Virus record (IMG/VR): IMGVR_UViG_3300000095_000002
Span: 1,258 to 65,257 of that record
Length of the DNA: 64,000 bases
Direction: 5' to 3' (one strand)
Source: a virus
Below, one piece after another: positions 57,808 to 64,000 of the stretch. A program made the translations under genes and the position numbers. Within the stretch, counting starts at the first letter, position 1; the number at the start of each line of letters is the position of its first letter. A model generated the notes under the pieces. The model did not search any database. It was not told the origin of the DNA and worked only from the letters and a program-made list of their open reading frames with translations.

Positions 57808-57997
57808 TAATTTTATATATCCATTGATACTCTAGTTCTTCCCAACCTAAAGATTCTAAATACTCTATATCTTCTGGTGTCTCACTATTTATAGGAAACT
57901 TTACATAAAAAGTGTCTTGATAATAACTTAGTTTAATTTCAGAACGTTTTTCTAATAGTTTCAATAAACCATTTACTATATTTTCATATCTAGTCAT
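57800..57997 (-). CDS. Small hypothetical protein
   Basis: EDIEYLESLGW resembles segments of 54896 and 55133. Confidence 0.55.
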   Translation of the reverse strand: MTRYENIVNGLLKLLEKRSEIKLSYYQDTFYVKFPINSETPEDIEYLESLGWEELEYQWIYKINE

Positions 57998-58611
57998 TAC
58001 TCAATAATTCCTAAACTTCTTAAATCTTCTACATTACATCTCATAGCTAACTTAAAAAATAATCTTTGACCAATATGAACTTTACCTAATTTACTCATTA
58101 CTTGATTCCATTTGTAAAAATCTTGACCTAAATAGAACATTACTACTGGAAAAGGAGAAGAATCTTTATTACTTGTATTCTCAAACTTAACTCTTTTATC
58201 TAACTCACAGAATGGATAGGGATATAATAGTTTATATTTTTGAGTAGAAACATCAGATTTAACTAATAATACAGCTTGAGTGACGTTACCTTTTTCATAA
58301 GACTCAATTAATTTAGGAATTGCTAGTTTAGCCAGCGAAAAAGGTGGATTTAACCATACTCTTCCATACCAATCCTTAGTTAACCCATCATCTTCTTTAG
58401 TGTAGATATTAGACGCTTTTATTGTTTCATTAGCTACTAGATTAGTCATTGGGTCTAAATCAATTCCACCCATAACCTCTCTAGCAGCATCAATTAAATA
58501 GCTAGGAGTATTATGCTCATCTGAGTTACTAGATGTAAGAGTTTTTAATGTCTTCTTAGAGCTAGTAAAATCAATTATTAACTCATTCATCATTAGGTCT
58601 TTCATCTTCAC
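57997..58611 (-). CDS. DNA N6-adenine methyltransferase (phage Dam-like family)
   Basis: DEHNTP...IDLDP...DDGL..DW.GRVWLNPPFS. Confidence 0.88.
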   Translation of the reverse strand: MKMKDLMMNELIIDFTSSKKTLKTLTSSNSDEHNTPSYLIDAAREVMGGIDLDPMTNLVANETIKASNIYTKEDDGLTKDWYGRVWLNPPFSLAKLAIPKLIESYEKGNVTQAVLLVKSDVSTQKYKLLYPYPFCELDKRVKFENTSNKDSSPFPVVMFYLGQDFYKWNQVMSKLGKVHIGQRLFFKLAMRCNVEDLRSLGIIE

Positions 58612-58795
58612 AATAAGTAGATAAAGCTTGAAGTATTAAATCCGCATTATCTAGTAACCAAATTACTGCATCTTTATTTTTACTTATATACAAGTCATTA
58701 TTATCTTCTGTGGTTTGTCCAAACTCATATACTCTTTCTTCTACATTAGGGAATTCAGCAAGTAGTCTATCTAAATCTTTCCAACTTATACTCAT
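58583..58795 (-). CDS. Hypothetical protein
   Basis: Clean ORF overlapping its neighbours. Confidence 0.55.
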   Translation of the reverse strand: MSISWKDLDRLLAEFPNVEERVYEFGQTTEDNNDLYISKNKDAVIWLLDNADLILQALSTYCEDERPNDE

Positions 58796-59241
58796 AAATT
58801 AATTACCTTCAATCCTAATTTATATTTATTAGCCAAACTAATCATGTGACCTGTACCTTTAGTTCCTAAGTCAAAGCAGATACAATGAGTAGCATACTTT
58901 GCCATCTCCTCGTTTCTTATATATCCTGCACTCTTTTTATGTTTCTCCCAATCAGGTATAAATTTCTTTACTTTATAATCTCTACTTTTAGCATAAGCTT
59001 CTCCTAATCTATCTGCACCTTTAGCACCACCAGATACAATCTCCACTGGTAAATCTTCCGACTCAACACCTTCTTGTAATTCCCAATTTGCCCAAAACCA
59101 ATTCCCTTCTCCGTCAGAAACTAAATCTATACCACATTCTTTTTTTAGAATTTCTTCTAGATATGTATCAACTTCTCTATCTAATAATTCTGGATTACTA
59201 AAATCTCTAGAACCTGCGATAATCAATTTTATATTGCTCAT
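58792..59241 (-). CDS. SLOG-superfamily protein (DUF2493/YspA-like)
   Basis: IIAGSRDF...IVSGGAKGADRLGE...DW..HKKSAGYIRNEEM. Confidence 0.85.
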   Translation of the reverse strand: MSNIKLIIAGSRDFSNPELLDREVDTYLEEILKKECGIDLVSDGEGNWFWANWELQEGVESEDLPVEIVSGGAKGADRLGEAYAKSRDYKVKKFIPDWEKHKKSAGYIRNEEMAKYATHCICFDLGTKGTGHMISLANKYKLGLKVINL

Positions 59242-59447
59242 CTCTTATTAATGTGAATTTTACCATTCTTAGCAACAATCTTTCTTTTGTATACTAAATC
59301 ATAGAATACAGTAGGCAAATAATTATGTTCTTTACAATAAACTTTTACTATGTTTATATCAATTCTTAAATATCTAGCTGCTAAATTAAAATACCAGTTA
59401 CTTCTATTTGTCATATAAGAAATAAGGGAGCTTTTAAACTCCCTCAT
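59238..59447 (-). CDS. Hypothetical protein
   Basis: ORF with an ATGA overlap. Confidence 0.5.
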   Translation of the reverse strand: MREFKSSLISYMTNRSNWYFNLAARYLRIDINIVKVYCKEHNYLPTVFYDLVYKRKIVAKNGKIHINKR

Positions 59448-59454
59448 AAACTAC

Positions 59455-60282
59455 TTATTTACTATAGTATCTATCGAAATAATCTTTCTTCACATCTAAT
59501 CTACTTAGATATAGTAAATCTCCAAATAATTGGTGAATATCTTCTAGCTTTTCACTTAATGTATTAGCACTAAAATTAAAACTCACATCTTTCTCATATA
59601 ACATATCTAAATGTCTCTGATACTGTTGTAATTCTGGCTCATATATCTCTTTCTGCTTCACTTCCTCTACTACATCTCCAGTGATTCCTGTTTCTTCGGG
59701 AGATTCTATATTAATCAATCTTAATCTACTAGAATGACTACTATCATGTATAAATATAGGAGATAAGTTTATATCTATATAACTAGCATTTTTATACTGA
59801 TTACTGTTAGTGATAAGTCTTAAATAACAAGTAATACCGTCACTATGCTTAGTAATATATAAGAGAACTTTCTTCGGTGTTTTATTAGATACATTAAGAT
59901 AATTTAGAAAAGATCTAAAATATTCATCTTTAATCAGTGTATATCTATACTCAAAGGAATTATCTTCATATTCATTATACTCGGGAGATCTGTAGTAAAG
60001 ATTATATTTAATTTGAGTTATGTTCTCGTCCTTAAATCCTAGAGTAATAATCTCACTCGTTGGATATGATGCTTTCTTATTTTCTTCTTTCTTGAATTCA
60101 ATGTTCATGATATATCCTAACTTACTAAATATTTCGATTAATGTTTCTATTGTAGGTACATTCTTGCCAGATTCAATTTTAGAGAGATAAGATTGTTTAA
60201 TCCCAATAATCTTAGAAAATTGAACTTGAGTTAAACCTAAGTTTTTCCTTATCTTAGTGATTTCTTTTGCAATGTTGAACAT
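59455..60282 (-). CDS. XRE-family HTH protein with a large C-terminal domain
   Basis: IRKNLGLTQVQFSKIIGIKQSYLSKIESGKNVPTIETL. Confidence 0.85.
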   Translation of the reverse strand: MFNIAKEITKIRKNLGLTQVQFSKIIGIKQSYLSKIESGKNVPTIETLIEIFSKLGYIMNIEFKKEENKKASYPTSEIITLGFKDENITQIKYNLYYRSPEYNEYEDNSFEYRYTLIKDEYFRSFLNYLNVSNKTPKKVLLYITKHSDGITCYLRLITNSNQYKNASYIDINLSPIFIHDSSHSSRLRLINIESPEETGITGDVVEEVKQKEIYEPELQQYQRHLDMLYEKDVSFNFSANTLSEKLEDIHQLFGDLLYLSRLDVKKDYFDRYYSK

Positions 60283-60287
60283 AAAGT

Positions 60288-60316
60288 TAAAGACTCCCTA
60301 GTATTAGTAGAGAGTC
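60288..60316 (-). terminator. Possible intrinsic terminator
   Basis: GACTCTCTA-loop-TAGGGAGTC followed by TTT. Confidence 0.45.
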
Positions 60317-60337
60317 ATAGCTTTTACATCTTATATA

Positions 60338-60544
60338 TTATTTAGTCTTATCACTAAAACCAAAAATATCCTCGTAGTTTTTAGCAGCTTTATTTGGCTC
60401 AGGTGGGTTTTCTATATCTGTCCACAATTGTTCTGCACTTTCTCTAGTCAATCTAATAGACTTACTAGACTTTTCTATTTTTGGAGTTCGAGCAATTAGA
60501 TTAAATTTAAGAGCAGTACGAGCTAACCATTGTCTAAGTCCCAT
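60338..60544 (-). CDS. Small protein with a DUF1778/TacA antitoxin-like C-terminal motif
   Basis: IRLTRESAEQLWTDIENPPEPNKA. Confidence 0.6.
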   Translation of the reverse strand: MGLRQWLARTALKFNLIARTPKIEKSSKSIRLTRESAEQLWTDIENPPEPNKAAKNYEDIFGFSDKTK

Positions 60545-60564
60545 AATAAGCGTCTCCTGTTGGT

Positions 60565-61137
60565 TTACTTTTCTTTACTAGGAAAGGAATAAACATCTAC
60601 TCCAGTAATATCTGCTTCACCTAATTTTTTAGAAATATTAGCAATGTTTGTGTCTGATTCTGGATAAAGCCTATCTAGTAGAGAGGATACACCAGAGCTT
60701 CCCCATCCAAGTTCTCCTCTATCTTTATTTGGTAGTTCTTCTACAATTTTAAATAACATATCCTCACTACTAACACATTTAATCTGAGCAATTCTATCTC
60801 CTACATCGTAAGGTCGAAGAAAAGGAAGTAAATGATAAAAGACTACACTATACTCACCTGTGTAACCCTCGTCCCCAGTTCCAATCCCATTACTTAAAAT
60901 CATTCCAGTCTTAAATATTGAACTCCTCGAACGAAGTTGAAGCTCTGTATTTGAAGGAAGATTAAGAGCAAAACCTAAATGATATTTATATCCATAAGTA
61001 ACAGTGAAAAGATTAAACAATTTCCAAGTTAATGATTCCCTTCTAACCGCTACCACATCAGCACAAGAGTCTTTAGGGTTAGCTTTTTTAGGAACTTGAG
61101 CATTTGGATGAAGTAATTGAATTTCAATATTAAACAT
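60565..61137 (-). CDS. dut: dUTPase (trimeric)
   Basis: RSRSS, NGIGTGDEGYTGE, GDRIAQ, RGELGWGSSG. Confidence 0.93.
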   Translation of the reverse strand: MFNIEIQLLHPNAQVPKKANPKDSCADVVAVRRESLTWKLFNLFTVTYGYKYHLGFALNLPSNTELQLRSRSSIFKTGMILSNGIGTGDEGYTGEYSVVFYHLLPFLRPYDVGDRIAQIKCVSSEDMLFKIVEELPNKDRGELGWGSSGVSSLLDRLYPESDTNIANISKKLGEADITGVDVYSFPSKEK

Positions 61138-61140
61138 AAT

Positions 61141-61166
61141 AAAAAGGGCAGCTATTACACTACCCT
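61141..61166 (-). terminator. Rho-independent terminator
   Basis: AGGGTAG-loop-CTGCCCT followed by a T-run on the - strand. Confidence 0.65.
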
Positions 61167-61185
61167 ATAACTAAACGACTATCGA

Positions 61186-61629
61186 CTACAGATCTTTAAG
61201 TTCAGCAGTTAGAGTTGCAAGTTCAGCTTTAAGTTCCTCAGTTGCCTTACTAGCTGTTTCTTGGTACTCTTTCTCATACACAATCCTTTCTAGATTTTGA
61301 GCGCGTTGTAATTTCTCTGCTCTAACCTTAGCTTTCTCCTTAGCTTTTTCTTCTTCCTCTAAGCGAGTCTCTAAGATGTACTTAGCAATATCAAACTTGA
61401 GTTGAGTAAGATAATTAGTAAGATTAGGCTTCTTAAGGAAAGTAATTTGAGTAGAACTTTGTAATTCAGTGTACAAGTCTACTGTTACTTTATCTAAACT
61501 ATCTAAATCTACATCCCACAAATCCTCAATATTCCAAAATCCAGAAGGCTTAGTCTTTTCTACTTTATAACGTACTTTCTTACGTGTACCTTCAGCAATT
61601 CGATTAGTGTCAGTCATATTCTTATCCAC
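61186..61629 (-). CDS. Phage coiled-coil protein, partner of the upstream gene
   Basis: G...IEDLWD+.L..LD motif, then LKFDIAKYILETR and a coiled coil. Confidence 0.65.
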   Translation of the reverse strand: MDKNMTDTNRIAEGTRKKVRYKVEKTKPSGFWNIEDLWDVDLDSLDKVTVDLYTELQSSTQITFLKKPNLTNYLTQLKFDIAKYILETRLEEEEKAKEKAKVRAEKLQRAQNLERIVYEKEYQETASKATEELKAELATLTAELKDL

Positions 61630-61630
61630 T

Positions 61631-63733
61631 TTATTTTGTTACTACTTTAAAAATTCTAGTGCTTCCATTACTCTCTACTTTAGCATAGAAAGTCGGATTA
61701 CTAGAGAGTGAGAAACCCAATCCACTTAGCTGTTCTTGTCCATCATCTTCTACCTCTAGTTTATGAGTTAACATTTCAAACACTCTCTTATGGTTTCTAT
61801 ACAAATCATCTTTTAGAAACTCATTGAAGAATCCATTCGCTTTGGGATTTCTACATTTATCTAAGATAAAGAATAAATGCTTATTACCAATCTCTAAACC
61901 ATCCCAATGATTAGGAGAGTAGAGAATCATATTTACTTTCTGGAATTTATTAGTATCAATCTCCCATATCTTAGTAGACTGTACTTGAGAAGTCTTAGGT
62001 TCTGTGGGAAATACTACTCCAAACTTTTTAGTATAGGTGAAATTAGCAATGTAGACATATTCACCTTGTCGTATAATTCCTTGAGAATCGAACGTATAAA
62101 CTTCATCATTGAATTCTACTTCTACTGTGTAATTCTGGGTAATAGCACGATTAGTATAGTTATGTACTCTAATCATATACTTACCCTCTATGAGATTAGA
62201 ATCGTGAGAGTAAATAATATTTTCTACAGGTTCTAAAGTAGTAGGATGGATATTCATGTCAATGTCTAAATGACCCCCTGTTTTCCTAGAACGTTTATTG
62301 CCGTAATAAATTGTTTCTCCCCCTGTTATTTTTGGTTCAATTACATGAAGGTCAAGGTCTGTATAATTGTCCCAAGCTAGTGAAATACGTAACTTACCGT
62401 CTATCTTTCCACCTGCTTTTTTAACTTTCTCTTTAATCGAATCTGCTACTCCATTGTTATAACTCCAGGAAAGATGACACCCTTCTCCTTCCTCCCATTT
62501 AAATAAAGAAGGAGCTTCAGAGTTAACAGCAGTAACAAGACTTACTAAGTTATTCTCCTTACTCTTCTCAAATAAGATAGAGATTGAATCTGCTCTAGGT
62601 ACTTCATCATTTAAGAACTTATCTAAAGTAATCTCCTGTACATTCTTCAAGCTTTTAGGACTAACTGGAATTTCTTCTTTTAACTTATTGAAGAGAACCT
62701 TAGTTTTGTTTTCAGAATTAGCAATAGTTCTAGAATCTCCACGATTGAGATATATTGTATTATTGACCTTAACATCGGTATAATTAGCAAACCTACGAGC
62801 TAAAGAATCTTCATAACCTAACTCGATGACAGTTTGAAGTGCGTCATCCACCATTCTTTGAGTCGGAGCCACCTTAACACGTTTATAGTTATTGGGGTCT
62901 ACTACCGAACCATACTTATTAACCGCTGTCTCTATATCAGTATCATTACTTAAATCGATTAACAATGTGCCAATAGCAGAATTTCTAACTCTTGCTCCTA
63001 ACTTTTGACAATTAACCCAAGCAAAATTATCTTTTCTCTGCTCCAAAACTACACTAATACTATTCTCAGCTACTAATCTTCTATACTCATCTTGAAGTTT
63101 TTGGAATGATTTAACAGCAGCAATAAATTCACTGCCACGATATAAATTACCGTCTTTCTCTAAATCAATTACTGACTGAACTGCATAAGGAGTAATTTCA
63201 TCCAAAGCTCTTTTAAAGACATTCTTAGTATCTCTATAAGTAGCTTGTGTAGGAACAATATCTTTCTCAGCATTTACCTTTTGATATTCTTCTTTATTTA
63301 AGTGATAGTAGAAATGATCCCACCTAATTATCTCAGTAGTTATATTATTGACTTTTAAAGTTTCAAAATTAAAATCAGTTCCTAGCTTAGGTTGATTAGA
63401 TACAAAGACATCTCGAATATTAGAGCGAAATACTAATTCACTCAGATTATCTACTACTCTCTGATACATTTCATCTGGAACTTCAAAATTCCAAAGAGTA
63501 GTCATCATCATATTTTCAGGGTTTATCTTAACTAATCCACCATAAGATTTAATAAACTGACGACAAGAATTACAATTGAAGCTTTGACGTATATCTTCAG
63601 GAAAAGAATTGATATAAGTATCCCACAACTCATCTTTACTTACATCACTAATAAAAATAACTCCTTTATCTACAGAAGACATTAACTTAGTAACATGAGC
63701 TTGGAAGATAGACTTAAATTGATTAAACAACAT
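61631..63733 (-). CDS. Large phage protein with a CxxC motif and a YfaP/DUF2135-like domain
   Basis: NCNSCRQFI and LRISLAWDNYTDLDLHVIEP...LDIDMN...VENI. The start is set at MLFNQ because the GTG at 63790 lies within a terminator. Confidence 0.7.
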   Translation of the reverse strand: MLFNQFKSIFQAHVTKLMSSVDKGVIFISDVSKDELWDTYINSFPEDIRQSFNCNSCRQFIKSYGGLVKINPENMMMTTLWNFEVPDEMYQRVVDNLSELVFRSNIRDVFVSNQPKLGTDFNFETLKVNNITTEIIRWDHFYYHLNKEEYQKVNAEKDIVPTQATYRDTKNVFKRALDEITPYAVQSVIDLEKDGNLYRGSEFIAAVKSFQKLQDEYRRLVAENSISVVLEQRKDNFAWVNCQKLGARVRNSAIGTLLIDLSNDTDIETAVNKYGSVVDPNNYKRVKVAPTQRMVDDALQTVIELGYEDSLARRFANYTDVKVNNTIYLNRGDSRTIANSENKTKVLFNKLKEEIPVSPKSLKNVQEITLDKFLNDEVPRADSISILFEKSKENNLVSLVTAVNSEAPSLFKWEEGEGCHLSWSYNNGVADSIKEKVKKAGGKIDGKLRISLAWDNYTDLDLHVIEPKITGGETIYYGNKRSRKTGGHLDIDMNIHPTTLEPVENIIYSHDSNLIEGKYMIRVHNYTNRAITQNYTVEVEFNDEVYTFDSQGIIRQGEYVYIANFTYTKKFGVVFPTEPKTSQVQSTKIWEIDTNKFQKVNMILYSPNHWDGLEIGNKHLFFILDKCRNPKANGFFNEFLKDDLYRNHKRVFEMLTHKLEVEDDGQEQLSGLGFSLSSNPTFYAKVESNGSTRIFKVVTK

Positions 63734-63767
63734 AAATAATTCCTCAGTGTGAATAAAGATAATATCG

Positions 63768-63795
63768 AAAAAAGGAGCAGTAATACCCACTCCTT
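63768..63795 (-). terminator. Rho-independent terminator
   Basis: AAGGAGTGG-loop-CTGCTCCTT followed by a T-run on the - strand. Confidence 0.6.
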
Positions 63796-63810
63796 ATCTT
63801 AAGACTCTAA

Positions 63811-63999
63811 TCAATGTCTTTTAGCAGAAACTTCAAGTTCTAGTCTCATTAGTTCAGACTTTTCTACTTTACTTTCTTCTAATTCTCTAATAGTTTCTAA
63901 CATATCTTCTACTAGAGAACGATAAGAACATAAAGTATCTTCTAAATAAACATAACCCTCTTTATTTTCAATTTTTCCGAGTTCTTTTTGGTATTCTTC
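63811..63999 (-). CDS. Partial hypothetical protein (runs off the window end)
   Basis: Open frame EEYQKELGKIENKEG...EVSAKRH-stop. Confidence 0.5.
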   Translation of the reverse strand, partial: EEYQKELGKIENKEGYVYLEDTLCSYRSLVEDMLETIRELEESKVEKSELMRLELEVSAKRH

Positions 64000-64000
64000 A

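Noticed and set aside
1932-62236. Short opposite-strand ORFs in the track (1932, 3417, 9059, 12771, 13226, 19468, 19494, 20153, 21297, 22137, 27083, 31034, 31355, 31778, 33956, 35502, 38851, 48485, 51512, 61907)
   Set aside because: They lie antisense to longer, well-supported genes and have the L/S/F/I-rich composition typical of shadow ORFs.
1-64000. Stop-codon reassignment, suggested by the release-factor-like gene and odd tRNAs
   Set aside because: The standard code already gives dense, full-length genes. TAA, TAG and TGA all end genes at sensible boundaries, and no suppressor anticodon is present.
1-64000. Integrase, att site or host flank (prophage boundary)
   Set aside because: None is visible; the whole window looks like phage sequence, so lifestyle cannot be determined here.
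1-64000. Apparent abundance of CTAG/TCTAGA and scarcity of GGCC-type sites
   Set aside because: This is a visual impression only. It needs k-mer statistics and may simply reflect codon usage in AT-rich DNA.

Overview
The window is 64 kb of an AT-rich tailed dsDNA phage genome with a siphovirus-type tail. The host is probably a cyanobacterium, inferred from the endolysin N-terminal domain and several host-like genes. The + strand carries the virion module: the end of the terminase large subunit, a very large Mu gpF-like head protein, prohead protease, scaffold, lambda gpE-type major capsid protein, a lysis cassette, neck genes, tail tube, frameshifting tail chaperone, a 3218-aa tape measure protein, tail tip and fibres. 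The portal gene is displaced about 52 kb from the terminase. The - strand carries early/accessory genes (HU, HTH regulators, thyX, dUTPase, adenine methyltransferase, HD hydrolase, SLOG, ATP-grasp, sulfotransferase-GT2), partly interleaved into the structural module. Four things stand out. (1) A dispersed family of about 9 Lys/Arg-rich proteins with a Gly/Ala hydrophobic helix sits among the virion genes; these are candidate protease-processed internal or ejected proteins. (2) A PAS-PAS-coiled-coil-TM protein lies in the lysis cassette. (3) There is a set of apparent translation and toxin-antitoxin mimics: a release factor lacking GGQ, a CysRS C-terminal domain, aberrant tRNA-like RNAs and orphan antitoxins. 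(4) There are two A_AAA_AAG -1 frameshift sites. All family assignments come from motifs recognised by eye; no database search was run.
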